Assembly: GCA_044229655.1 (NCBI GenBank)
Contig: JBGASM010000007.1
Location: 106,675 to 170,674 of the forward strand
Origin: Phycisphaerales bacterium
GTDB lineage: Bacteria; Planctomycetota; Phycisphaerae; Phycisphaerales; UBA5793
Reading direction: 5' to 3'
Length of the DNA: 64,000 bases
Part shown: piece by piece, positions 45,064 to 54,606 of the stretch
How the letters are laid out: each line of letters begins with the position of its first letter
Position numbering within the stretch: the stretch's first letter is position 1
Program-made: the position numbers and the translations under genes
Notes under the pieces: generated by a model
Seen by the model: the letters and a program-made list of their open reading frames with translations, nothing else
What the model was told of the DNA's origin: nothing
Databases searched by the model: none

Positions 45064-46497
45064 TTGTCTAAGAGCGTGATCAGAGCATGCGGTCTGGCCA
45101 TTGGGGTCGGCATCGCGGCCGGGGGCTGCGCCCTTGGGACGGCGCTCGTCGGCCTTGCCGATCTCTCGCTGTGGTCCGTCCTCGCGCCCTCGATCGGGTC
45201 GACGACGCTTGCTGCGGTTCTGCTCATGGCGTACGGCGGCGCGGCGGAACGGTCCGCCGCACAGCTCAGCCAGCCGGTACCCGGAGGCGATGCATCTGCG
45301 CCGGGGGCGGCATGGCCCGCGCTGCAGCGATGGATCGTCGCGGAACTCTATTCTGCGGTCCTCAATCGCCTGCGCATTCAGGAGAGCCTCGAGTCAAGTC
45401 TCCGGGCAGCCGACGTGCGCCTGCGCGTTGCGGAACTGGAAGCCAGGCACAGCCGCGAACTGCTTGACGCACTGCGCGAGGCGGTTGTGGCGACCGATCG
45501 ATTCGGCGATCTCGTGTTCATCAACAGTGCGGCCGCACGCCTATTCGGACTGGACCCCGAGAAGTCGATTCATCAGCGGGTAGACAAGGTCATCACCGAT
45601 CCATCCATCGCGCGGCTGTTCCGCGAGACGCAGCCGGCGCGGTCGGAGGCCGGGCGCAAGGTGTTCGAACAGTCGTTCAAGGTCATGGATCGGCCCGTGG
45701 ATTTCGAGGTCGCTTTTTCCGGAGTCGCCCTCAGCGAGTCCAAGGACGAACGCGGACTGATGGGCGTGTTTCGCGACGTGACGCGCGAGAGGGAGATCAG
45801 CAAGGCGAAGACGGACTTTGTCGCCAAGGCGAGCCACGAACTGCGCACGCCGTTGGCCAACATTCGCGCGCGGATCGAGATGCTCGCCGACGGCGACGTG
45901 CAGGACGAGGGGATGCGTGCCGAGTTCTACGCGGTCATTCAGAGTGAAACGTTGCGTCTGGGGCAGCTCGTCGATCAGATGCTCAATATTTCGCGCATTG
46001 AGGCGGGCATCACGCAGGCCAAGTGGGAGGAAGTTGACCTGGCTGCGCTGGCGCAGCAGGCCGTAGACGTGGTCCGGTCGCAGGCTCAGGACAAGCGCAT
46101 CACGATCGAGTCGCGGGCGGGATCGCTCAGTTACACGGCGATGGCGGACCGAGAAATGATGCTGCAGGTCCTCATCAATCTCGTCTCCAACGCAGTGAAG
46201 TACACACCTGAAGGCGGCCACGTCACTGCGACCACTGAGGTGTCGAATGACAATGAGGCCGTCACGGTGTTTGTGGACGACACCGGCCTGGGGATTCCAC
46301 CCGAAGCGCTGCCCAAGATGTTCCAGAAGTTTTATCGCGTGGAGCAGCACCAGAACTTCGCCAAGGGCACGGGGCTGGGGCTGAATCTCGTCAAGCAGGT
46401 TGTGGAAGTCATGCACAACGGGGAAGTGGGCGTCACCAGCGCCGTCGGCAAAGGCAGCCGGTTCTGGGTCACAATTCCCTGCCGGCGTAAGAAATGA
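45064..46497 (+). CDS. sensor histidine kinase (TM - PAS - HisKA - HATPase_c)
   Basis: H-box SHELRTPLANI, N-box LVSNAVKYT, G-boxes DDTGLGI and GTGLGLNLV. TTG start, uncertain. Confidence 0.85.
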   Translation: MSKSVIRACGLAIGVGIAAGGCALGTALVGLADLSLWSVLAPSIGSTTLAAVLLMAYGGAAERSAAQLSQPVPGGDASAPGAAWPALQRWIVAELYSAVLNRLRIQESLESSLRAADVRLRVAELEARHSRELLDALREAVVATDRFGDLVFINSAAARLFGLDPEKSIHQRVDKVITDPSIARLFRETQPARSEAGRKVFEQSFKVMDRPVDFEVAFSGVALSESKDERGLMGVFRDVTREREISKAKTDFVAKASHELRTPLANIRARIEMLADGDVQDEGMRAEFYAVIQSETLRLGQLVDQMLNISRIEAGITQAKWEEVDLAALAQQAVDVVRSQAQDKRITIESRAGSLSYTAMADREMMLQVLINLVSNAVKYTPEGGHVTATTEVSNDNEAVTVFVDDTGLGIPPEALPKMFQKFYRVEQHQNFAKGTGLGLNLVKQVVEVMHNGEVGVTSAVGKGSRFWVTIPCRRKK

Positions 46498-46526
46498 AAC
46501 AGGCTCACTGAGGGGAGCGCCAAGAA

Positions 46527-46916
46527 GTGGCACGAATACTTGTCATCGACGATGAGGTCCATATCCGGCAGGTTGTGAGCTTGAAGCTCTCCAGCGCCGG
46601 CCACGAGGTCATTCAGGCGTCAAATGGAGCCGATGGCCAGGAGACCGCACTTGTCCACAAGCCTGATCTCATCATCACGGATTACCAGATGCCGCGTATG
46701 AACGGCCTGGAGATGTGCCGAGCCCTGCGGCAGCATGCAGACATCGGCCCGATCCCCGTCATTCTGCTCAGTGGCCGCGAGCAGTTCATCGCACCAGCGG
46801 AAATGGCCGCTGTCGGAATTGTGACCTCGCTGGGGAAGCCATTCAGTCCGCGCGAGCTGCTCCAGAAGGTCACTGAAGTCCTCGACTCCGCAAGCCGGGC
46901 GCGCAAAGCCGGCTGA
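46527..46916 (+). CDS. single-domain response regulator (CheY-like receiver)
   Basis: ILVIDDEVHIRQ, DLIITDYQMPRMNG and PVILLSG. GTG start. Confidence 0.9.
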   Translation: MARILVIDDEVHIRQVVSLKLSSAGHEVIQASNGADGQETALVHKPDLIITDYQMPRMNGLEMCRALRQHADIGPIPVILLSGREQFIAPAEMAAVGIVTSLGKPFSPRELLQKVTEVLDSASRARKAG

Positions 46917-46926
46917 TCTCATCGCC

Positions 46927-48519
46927 ATGCTGATCCGACACGCCACAACCTCCCTGACTCGAGCCCGCATGCTTGCGGAACGCTGCGAACCGCTCGGCGT
47001 CACGCTCTTTCTGCATCGCTCGATCAGCGAACCCGCTGAGCCGCTGCTCGACGGCATCAGCGCGCGCGCCATGTGCACCGTGCTGCAGCGCCTGCCCGAT
47101 TCCTCCACGCGCATGGCCAAGGCGCTTGAGGCGGGGCGCGAGGTTGAACTATGGCCGGGATTGTGGATGCTCCCGATCGGGTTCATCGATGAACGCGGCG
47201 AGGGCGGGTTTGTCGTTGCACTGGCGTCCGTGGAACGTCTTGATCCCTCCCTGACGAATCAGGGTTCGGACTCCACGCCGATCGACGGGGCCGCCCGGGC
47301 ACGCCAAACGGTGCTCACACTTCGCCGCTGGGAGCGGGATCTGGCGGCCATGGAAGAGGGCAAGGCATCGGTCGAGTCGATGGGGTTCCAACTCAGTGAG
47401 GCCTACGAGGAACTCAGCCTGCTTTACAAGGTCGGGCAGCGCATGTCCGTCAATGAGTCGGCCCGGGAACTGTGCTTGACCCTGTGCGCTGATTTGCGGT
47501 CAGTCCTTGGCTTTCGGTACACCGGATTGTTCCTTGACGCTGGCGTTGTTGAGCCATTCGGCGCCGCTGACCCCTGCTTTCTCTTTGATGGGGAACTGCC
47601 GGCAAGTCATGATGAGGTCATGTCGCTCCTGTCACGCGTGCGCACCAGGCACCTGACCGACCGTGTGCTGACATACGAAAGTAGATCGGATCTGCCTGAT
47701 CCTGAGCTAGAGGTGTTGGGATCCAGCCTGCTGTTCGCACCCCTTCAGATTGATGGCCGCGGCGCCGGGCTGTTTGTCGCCGCGGACAAGAGAGCGCGCG
47801 AAACGCAGTTGACCACGATCGATCTGAAACTCATCTCTGCGTCGCTCGCACAATTGCAGGTGTTCCTGAACAACGGATTGCTCTACCACAAGTTGCATCG
47901 CATGTTCATCGGGACACTGGAGGCTCTGACCGCCGCTATCGACGCCAAGGACGCCTACACCTGCGGCCACTCTCTGCGCGTTGCGCTCATCGGAAGCCTG
48001 ATTGCGCGTCAGGTCGGACTTGAGCCAGCGACAGTCGAGCGTGTGCACGTCGCCGGGCTCATTCACGATGTGGGCAAAATCGGTGTCCCGGAGGCCGTCC
48101 TCTGCAAGCCCGGTCGCCTCTCGGAAGAGGAATTCGCGTTCATCAAGCGCCATCCGGATATCGGCGCCCGCATTGTTCGCGGCGTACCCCACTTCGAAGA
48201 TGTGATCCCCGGCGTGCTTTATCACCACGAGAGGTTCGACGGCAAGGGCTATCCCGAAGGCCGTTCCGGGGTCGACATTCCGCTCTTTGGGCGCATTCTG
48301 GCCGTCGCGGACTCCTTCGACGCCATGTCCTCGAACCGGGCCTACCGGCCCGCGCTGCCGCGTGAGAAAGTCCGCTCTGAGATTGAGCGATGTGCCGGAA
48401 CCCAGTTCGATCCTGAACTGGCTCGTGCGTTTCTAAGCCTCGATCTGAGTGAGTACGACCGCATGCTGGCGGAGCACAAGGCGCAGTTCCCCAACAGCGC
48501 ACCCCGGGAGGCCGCATGA
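46927..48519 (+). CDS. HD-GYP domain protein (c-di-GMP phosphodiesterase family) with N-terminal sensory/GAF-like region
   Basis: HSLRVALIGSLIA, AGLIHDVGKIGVP, KRHPDIGARIV and HHERFDGKGYPEG. Confidence 0.85.
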   Translation: MLIRHATTSLTRARMLAERCEPLGVTLFLHRSISEPAEPLLDGISARAMCTVLQRLPDSSTRMAKALEAGREVELWPGLWMLPIGFIDERGEGGFVVALASVERLDPSLTNQGSDSTPIDGAARARQTVLTLRRWERDLAAMEEGKASVESMGFQLSEAYEELSLLYKVGQRMSVNESARELCLTLCADLRSVLGFRYTGLFLDAGVVEPFGAADPCFLFDGELPASHDEVMSLLSRVRTRHLTDRVLTYESRSDLPDPELEVLGSSLLFAPLQIDGRGAGLFVAADKRARETQLTTIDLKLISASLAQLQVFLNNGLLYHKLHRMFIGTLEALTAAIDAKDAYTCGHSLRVALIGSLIARQVGLEPATVERVHVAGLIHDVGKIGVPEAVLCKPGRLSEEEFAFIKRHPDIGARIVRGVPHFEDVIPGVLYHHERFDGKGYPEGRSGVDIPLFGRILAVADSFDAMSSNRAYRPALPREKVRSEIERCAGTQFDPELARAFLSLDLSEYDRMLAEHKAQFPNSAPREAA

Positions 48520-48851
48520 AATTCAACTGCGATGACCACGACCACATGACGATTGTTCAGATGTCCGGCGACTTCTCGCACGAGTATGTCGATGCCTTTC
48601 GCCGTGCCATGTCCGAACGGCTGAGCCGCGGCGTGCGCGACTTCGTGCTGCAGCTGAACGAAGTTCAGTTCATTGACAGCCTCGCGCTCGAAACATTGCT
48701 CTGGCTGCAGGAGTCCTCTGCCGAACTCCTGGGGCAGATTCGTCTCGTCGATCCATCCGCCAATCTGCGCAAGATTCTCGAGATGACGCGTTTGGATCAT
48801 TACTTTGAAGCCCAGGCCGACATACCCGCTGCGGTGAAGAGCCTCCGCTGA
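48516..48851 (+). CDS. STAS-domain protein (anti-sigma-factor antagonist-like)
   Basis: 111 aa with FVLQLNEVQFIDSLALETLL and LRKILEMTRLDHYF. Its start overlaps the HD-GYP stop (ATGA). Confidence 0.75.
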   Translation: MKFNCDDHDHMTIVQMSGDFSHEYVDAFRRAMSERLSRGVRDFVLQLNEVQFIDSLALETLLWLQESSAELLGQIRLVDPSANLRKILEMTRLDHYFEAQADIPAAVKSLR

Positions 48852-48874
48852 TTCCTCATTCGATTCGACCGAAG

Positions 48875-50590
48875 GTGCAGCACATGGTTTCCGACATCTC
48901 ACGAAAACAGATCGGCGAGATTCTTGTGGAGCGCGGACTGCTCACCCCCGAGCAGTTGCAGCGTGCCCTCGAACTGCAGAAAAGCAGCGGACACAAGCGA
49001 CTTCTCGGCGAAGTGCTGGTCGAACTCGGATTCGCATCCGCTGAGTCCGTGCTCGAAATTCTTGCGGAGGTTTACGGAGTTCCGTACGCGCAGATCAATC
49101 CGCGCCTGGCCGATCCGCGCGTGATCGAATCTCTGCCGCGCGACTTTCTCGAAACCCAATGTGTTCTGCCGCTCTTTCTAGTCCGCGGTCGACTGACGGT
49201 CGCCGTCACGGAGCCCGCCAACCTTTATCTCGTGGAGGAGATCCAGCGTCTGGCCGGCAAGCCGGTGCAGGTCGTCGCGGGAACGGCCACTGCGATCCGC
49301 AACACGCTGCGCCAGTATCTGCCCAAGGCCAACGTCTTCGTCATTGATGACATTTACAAGGATCTGAAGCCTGACGAGTTCACCGTTGTCGAGCGTCAGA
49401 TCACCGATCTGGCGAATCTTGAGGAAGTCGCCGGCCACTCGCCCGTCGTGAAGCTTGTGAATTTTCTGGTCTATTCTGCGGTTCAAGACGGCGCGAGCGA
49501 CATTCATATCGAACCCGACGAGGGACGGCTGCGCGTCCGGTATCGCATCGACGGAGCGCTCTTCGAAAAAATTTCTCCGCCGCCAGCCATGCAGCCCGCC
49601 ATCGTGAGCCGCATCAAGATCATGTCCGGACTGGACATTTCTGAGCGGCGCGTCCCGCAGGATGGCGACATCCACGTCATGCTGGACGGCCGGGCGGTCG
49701 ACCTTCGGGTTTCCACCATGCCCGGCAAGCAGGGCGAGAAGGTCGTCATTCGAATCATCGACAGCGGCAATGTGGTCGTGGGGATCGAAAAGCTCGGCTT
49801 CCGGCCGCAGACGATGCTGCCCTGGCGGAATGCGGTCAGCCAGCCAAACGGCGTCGTCCTCGTGACAGGCCCCACCGGCAGCGGCAAGTCCACCACGCTC
49901 TATTCGGTCATCTCCGAACTCAATGCGCCCGACATCAACATCTCCACTGTGGAGGACCCCGTGGAGGCGGGCATACTCGGCGTCAACCAGTTCCAGGTCA
50001 ATGACAAGGCCGGATTCACCTTTGCCGGTGCTCTGCGCGCCCTGCTCCGCCAAGATCCCGACGTCATCATGGTCGGAGAGATTCGCGATTCCGAGACCGC
50101 GCGCATCGCCACTCAGGCAGCCCTCACCGGCCACCTCGTCCTTTCCACCCTGCACACCAACGACGCCATATCTGCCGTGACGCGCCTGATCAACCTCGGC
50201 ATCGAGCCGTATCTGGTCGCCGCCATTCTTCGCGCCGTGCTGGCACAGCGGCTGGTACGCAAGATCTGCGTCCATTGCAAAGAAGTCGCCGAAGTCGATG
50301 CGCGCACGCACCAGCAGGTTGAGGCCGTGCTGGGACACAGCGGCACGCTCTACCACGGCCGGGGCTGCTCCAAGTGCCGTGGCACCGGCTTTTCGGGGCG
50401 CGTCGGCATCTTTGAGATCTTCGCACCCAACGATGAGATTCTCGAGGCGGTCACCAACAACAAGACGCTCCACGAACTGCGAGCCATTCTCGCCAAGTCC
50501 GCCTTCCAGACGCTTCGGTATGACGGGCTTGTGAAGGCGCTCGAAGGACTGACCACTGTAGAAGAGGTGTTCTTCGCCACCGCGGCCTGA
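48875..50590 (+). CDS. GspE/PilB-family secretion ATPase with MshEN-type N-terminal domain
   Basis: Walker A VTGPTGSGKSTT, Asp box, Walker B DPDVIMVGEIRD, His box LTGHLVLSTLHTN and a tetracysteine CVHC...CSKC. The N-terminus reads QIGEILVERGLLTPEQLQRALELQ. Confidence 0.9.
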   Translation: MQHMVSDISRKQIGEILVERGLLTPEQLQRALELQKSSGHKRLLGEVLVELGFASAESVLEILAEVYGVPYAQINPRLADPRVIESLPRDFLETQCVLPLFLVRGRLTVAVTEPANLYLVEEIQRLAGKPVQVVAGTATAIRNTLRQYLPKANVFVIDDIYKDLKPDEFTVVERQITDLANLEEVAGHSPVVKLVNFLVYSAVQDGASDIHIEPDEGRLRVRYRIDGALFEKISPPPAMQPAIVSRIKIMSGLDISERRVPQDGDIHVMLDGRAVDLRVSTMPGKQGEKVVIRIIDSGNVVVGIEKLGFRPQTMLPWRNAVSQPNGVVLVTGPTGSGKSTTLYSVISELNAPDINISTVEDPVEAGILGVNQFQVNDKAGFTFAGALRALLRQDPDVIMVGEIRDSETARIATQAALTGHLVLSTLHTNDAISAVTRLINLGIEPYLVAAILRAVLAQRLVRKICVHCKEVAEVDARTHQQVEAVLGHSGTLYHGRGCSKCRGTGFSGRVGIFEIFAPNDEILEAVTNNKTLHELRAILAKSAFQTLRYDGLVKALEGLTTVEEVFFATAA

Positions 50591-50615
50591 TTCCCGCTCA
50601 CGGAACGCTTTTCCC

Positions 50616-51842
50616 ATGACAGTGTTCACCTACGAGGCTCGGGATCGACGCGGCGAAATGACCCGCGGAACCATTAATGCCGACGACATTGCGCTCGCCG
50701 GCCGGGCCCTGCGGGCCGAAGGGAAATACGTCATCGACTTGCGCGCCGGCGTCGACAACGCCGGTGATCCCGAGCTTGAGGAGATTCGCGCCTCCCAGGC
50801 CGCCGGCCAGGTGACGCGCCGTCAGGTCATCGACCTCTGCCACCAACTCTCGCTCATGCTCGATACGGGCGTGGCCCTCAAACCCGCCTTGGATACCTAT
50901 CTCGAGAACACGCGTGACGCAGGCATCCGCCGGGTGGTTCGTTCCATCGCCGACGAAGTCGAGAATGGCTCAAGTTTGTCGAGCTCGCTCTCCCGCTGGC
51001 CCCGTGTCTTCCCGCCCCTCATGATCGCGCTCATTCAGGCCGCGGAAGTCTCCGGCACGCTCGCGCTCATGCTCCAGCGCATCGCCAAGTACCTCGGCAA
51101 GGAACACAAGACCGCCCGCCAGATCAAAGGGGCGCTCACATACCCCTGCGTCATGATGCTGTTTGCTCTCTGCATCACCGCATTCCTGCTCACCTTCGTT
51201 CTGCCGCGCTTTGCGCGCATCTACGCCTCCCGGTCCGCAGCGCTGCCCGCCCCCACGAAGATCATGATGGCCCTGAGCGACTTTGCGACGCATCACTGGC
51301 TCGTCATTCTGATCACCGTCGGCGCCCTTGTGGCCGCATTTCTCGCCACGAGGCATACAGCGCCGGCCCGCCGTTGCCGCGACTGGCTCAAACTCAACAC
51401 GCCGGTCATTCGCGTCATGTTCAGCAAGCTCTTCCTGACCCGCTCTGCCCGCACGCTCTCCACGCTGCTGGCCGCTGGCGTTGAACTCACGGAGGCCATC
51501 AGGGTCACCCGCAACATCAGCGGCAACTGCTACCACCAGGCCATGTGGGAGCGCGTTCTACATGACCTGGAGCAGGGCAAGCGTCTGAGCGAAGCCTGTC
51601 GAGACTCCCGCATCTTCCCCACCAACGTCATCCAGATGATCAGCGCTGGGGAGCAATCCGGCCGGCTCGGGCCGGTGTTTGAGCGTGTCGGCGACGTTGC
51701 GGAGGAGGAACTCGACGAAGCAGTCGCGCAGACGACGCAGTACATCGAGCCGATCATGATCGTGAGCATGGGCGCGATCATCGGCTTCGTGGCCATCAGT
51801 CTGCTCATGCCCATCATGACCATTGCCCGGGTCGTGAAGTAG
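50616..51842 (+). CDS. GspF/PilC-family inner-membrane platform protein
   Basis: Two T2SF repeats (QLSLMLDTGVAL..AL and TLSTLLAAGVELTEAI), three TM segments, 408 aa. TAG stop. Confidence 0.9.
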   Translation: MTVFTYEARDRRGEMTRGTINADDIALAGRALRAEGKYVIDLRAGVDNAGDPELEEIRASQAAGQVTRRQVIDLCHQLSLMLDTGVALKPALDTYLENTRDAGIRRVVRSIADEVENGSSLSSSLSRWPRVFPPLMIALIQAAEVSGTLALMLQRIAKYLGKEHKTARQIKGALTYPCVMMLFALCITAFLLTFVLPRFARIYASRSAALPAPTKIMMALSDFATHHWLVILITVGALVAAFLATRHTAPARRCRDWLKLNTPVIRVMFSKLFLTRSARTLSTLLAAGVELTEAIRVTRNISGNCYHQAMWERVLHDLEQGKRLSEACRDSRIFPTNVIQMISAGEQSGRLGPVFERVGDVAEEELDEAVAQTTQYIEPIMIVSMGAIIGFVAISLLMPIMTIARVVK

Positions 51843-51860
51843 GCCACTCTGCCGAAGTGA

Positions 51861-53339
51861 TCAGCGCGGACCTCGCGCCCTGATGACCTCGTCAGCGCAG
51901 GCGCTGAGTTCCGCCCATGCCTGTTCAATGTGAGTCCGCAGCGTGCGCGTCTGACCGATGCACATGCGCAGCGCGATCCGCCCGTTGATCTTGGTATGCG
52001 TCAGATACATGAGGCCGCGCCCGTTCACCTGTTCGCGCAGGCGCTCATTGGCGTCATCTCCTGCCCGCAATCGGAAACACACCAGATTCAGGCCGCGCGG
52101 CGCCGCAAGTTCGAATCGATCGTCCGCGCGCACCCAGGCTTCAAACTCGCGCGCAAGGTCCACGTGCGACCGGATGTGATGCCGCAGTCCTTCCAGTCCA
52201 TAGTGCCGCATGACGAACCACAGTTTCAATGCGCGAAACCGCCGCCCCAGCGGGATGTGCCAGTCGCGGAAGTTCACCGTCTCCGCGCCGGTGCGGGTCT
52301 TGAGGTACTCGGGCAGGATGCTCATGGTCCGCGTCAGTCGATTCGGGTCACGCACCCAGAATGCATCGAGATCGAAATTCGTGAGTAGCCACTTGTGCGG
52401 GTTGAAGCAGAATGAATCCGCCAGTTCCAGTCCTTCTGCCATGCCGCGAAATTCCGGGCACATGAGCGCGCTGCCCGCCATCGCGCCGTCCACATGGAGC
52501 CACACCCGCTCGCGTGCGCAGATCGTGCCGATCTCCCGCAGAGGATCAAAGGCCATTGACGAAGTCGTGCCCATGGTTGCGCACACGATGGCCGGAATGC
52601 GTCCGGCGCTGCGGTCCGTCGCGATGGCGTTGGCCAGCGCCTCCGGCTTCATCCGCAGAGTCTGGGCATCGCTTTCGACCAGGCGCACATTTCGCCTGCC
52701 AATACCCGCAACCGTCGCACCCTTCTCTACTGATGAGTGCGCCTGATCCGAGGTGTAGACCACCTGGGCGCCTGATCCGCGCAGTCCATCTTCATTGCCC
52801 TTCCATCCCAGCGCTTGTTCCCGGGCGCACAGAATGGCACAGAGCGTCGCGCTCGAGGCGGTGTCCTGAATCACGCCCGCATTCACGAAGTGCTTGGGCA
52901 GGCCCATCGCCTCGACGAGCCAGTTGAGCACATGGATTTCCAGTTCCGTCATCGCCGGACTGGTCGCCCACAGCATTCCATTCACGCCCAGGCCCGCCGA
53001 AAGCAATTCGCCCAGGATGGAGGGAAATGAGTTGTTGGATGGGAAATACGCATAGAAGTGGGGGGACTGCCAATGGGTGATGCCGGGCATGATGATCCGC
53101 TCAAAGTCCCTGGAGATCACATCCCACGACTCGCCGTGCTCCGGCGCACTGCTTTGCGTGGTGCGGAGCAGAGCACCGATTTCACCGGGCTTCACTTGAG
53201 CCAGGACCGGCTGCGTCAACCCGTCATTGGTGAGATACTCAGCGATGAAATCCACAATCGCATGTCCCGCCGATCGGAACGTCTCCGCATCCATGTGGTA
53301 CGATCGCTCCGGCGTGCGTGTGTGCGTTTCGTTGCTCAT
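51861..53339 (-). CDS. PLP-dependent aromatic-L-amino-acid/tyrosine decarboxylase family protein
   Basis: GITHWQSPHFYAYFPSNNSFPSILGELL, the S.QAHSSVEK block and the PLP-lysine motif SFCFNPHKWL. Confidence 0.85.
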   Translation of the reverse strand: MSNETHTRTPERSYHMDAETFRSAGHAIVDFIAEYLTNDGLTQPVLAQVKPGEIGALLRTTQSSAPEHGESWDVISRDFERIIMPGITHWQSPHFYAYFPSNNSFPSILGELLSAGLGVNGMLWATSPAMTELEIHVLNWLVEAMGLPKHFVNAGVIQDTASSATLCAILCAREQALGWKGNEDGLRGSGAQVVYTSDQAHSSVEKGATVAGIGRRNVRLVESDAQTLRMKPEALANAIATDRSAGRIPAIVCATMGTTSSMAFDPLREIGTICARERVWLHVDGAMAGSALMCPEFRGMAEGLELADSFCFNPHKWLLTNFDLDAFWVRDPNRLTRTMSILPEYLKTRTGAETVNFRDWHIPLGRRFRALKLWFVMRHYGLEGLRHHIRSHVDLAREFEAWVRADDRFELAAPRGLNLVCFRLRAGDDANERLREQVNGRGLMYLTHTKINGRIALRMCIGQTRTLRTHIEQAWAELSACADEVIRARGPR

Positions 53340-53366
53340 GACCGCATCATAGAGATCGCTTCTTCA

Positions 53367-54032
53367 ATGCCCCCTGTCACTCCGCCTGCAGATTTCCGTG
53401 CCCGTCTTGTGGAAGCCGGCGTCGTGCTTGCTGATGGGCAGCACAGGCTGCTTGCTCACTACGTGCAACTTCTGCTGGAGGCCAACGAGCGTTTCAATCT
53501 CACGGCCGTGCGCGAGCCCGCTCAGGTCTGGGTTCGTCACATCCTCGACAGCGTCATGCTGGTTCCCGTGGTCATGCCGCTTCGCCCCGCAACGCTTGCG
53601 GATGTCGGATCAGGGGGCGGATTGCCCGGAATACCGCTGGCGATCGCGCTTCCTGGCATCCGCGTGACCCTCATTGAATCCATTGCCAAGAAATCGGCAT
53701 TCCTCCGTGACTGCACGCGTGCGCTCCCACTTGCAAATGTACAGGTGCGTTCAGAGCGGGCTGAGGCGGCCGTCGCAGCACACGCCTGCTTCGATCTCGT
53801 CACGGCCCGCGCGCTGGCGCCGTTGGATCGCCTCCTGCCGATTTGCGCCCCGTTGGTGCGCCCGGGGGGGCATCTCCTGGCTGTCAAAGGAGCCAAAGCA
53901 ACCGCAGAACTTGCGGCCGTCGGCGACCTTGCGCAAAGACTTGGCTTCCTGGCGCCGAGCGTTTTCACCACGATGACCGGCAGCACACTTCTGCGCTTCG
54001 AGAAGTCCAAAAACGAGCAACGCCGACCTTGA
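53367..54032 (+). CDS. rsmG: 16S rRNA (guanine527-N7)-methyltransferase
   Basis: ERFNLTAVREPAQVWVRHILDS and the SAM motif DVGSGGGLPGIPLAI. Start placed at the ATG at 53367. Confidence 0.85.
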   Translation: MPPVTPPADFRARLVEAGVVLADGQHRLLAHYVQLLLEANERFNLTAVREPAQVWVRHILDSVMLVPVVMPLRPATLADVGSGGGLPGIPLAIALPGIRVTLIESIAKKSAFLRDCTRALPLANVQVRSERAEAAVAAHACFDLVTARALAPLDRLLPICAPLVRPGGHLLAVKGAKATAELAAVGDLAQRLGFLAPSVFTTMTGSTLLRFEKSKNEQRRP

Positions 54033-54075
54033 ATCCGGATCGGCGTTGCATGAGTTCTTAACTGGATGTAAGGCG

Positions 54076-54456
54076 TTACGCGCTCTTCTTGGCCGGTAGC
54101 GCAGTCGTTGACTTGCGGGCCATTTCCACGATTTGATCGAAGGCCTTCGGGTCCTCAATCGCCACCTGGCTGAGCATCTTTCGGTTCAGCAGCACGCCCG
54201 CCAGCTGCGCCCCGTTGATGAACTGGCTGTAGCGCATGCCGCGCATCCGGCACGCCGCATTCAGTCGTGTGATCCAGAGTCGGCGGTAGTCCCGCTTCCG
54301 CGCCCGCCGATCGCGATGGGCATAAACGCCCGAGCGCACAATCTGGAGTTTTGCCTGTACTTCAAGCTTGCGCTTGGAATTCTCGTACCCTTTCGTCAGG
54401 CGCAGTTTTCGCTTCCGTGCCTGCGTTCGTGCCGATCCTTTGCGTACGCGTGCCAT
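54076..54456 (-). CDS. rplT: 50S ribosomal protein L20
   Basis: MARVRKGSARTQARKRKLRLTKGY...YAHRDRRARKRDYRRLWITRLNAA...NRKMLSQVAIEDP. Confidence 0.95.
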   Translation of the reverse strand: MARVRKGSARTQARKRKLRLTKGYENSKRKLEVQAKLQIVRSGVYAHRDRRARKRDYRRLWITRLNAACRMRGMRYSQFINGAQLAGVLLNRKMLSQVAIEDPKAFDQIVEMARKSTTALPAKKSA

Positions 54457-54606
54457 GTCAATCGTCCTTCATCGCTCAAAAACCACCGGCGTCGGCGGGG
54501 GCCCGCACCAATTACGGACACTTCGCATCCCGACACGCACAGATGAACCGATGCACACCTTGGTCTTGTGCCTCGGTCCGCCTCCCGCATCCCCTTCAGA
54601 ACGCCC

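Noticed and set aside
49178-50629. 483-aa ORF on the minus strand
   Set aside because: It is fully antisense to the gspE/pilB ATPase gene, which has unambiguous Walker and His-box motifs. The product is Gly/Arg/Asp/Val-rich with no motif. Long antisense ORFs of this kind are typical of GC-rich DNA. The same reasoning applies to 59121-60188 (-), 45541-46533 (-), 41928-42812 (-), 37964-38818 (-), 35326-36390 (-), 33883-34995 (+), 25267-26202 (+), 14868-15590 (-), 3813-4808 (-), 967-1941 (-) and 62745-63653 (-).
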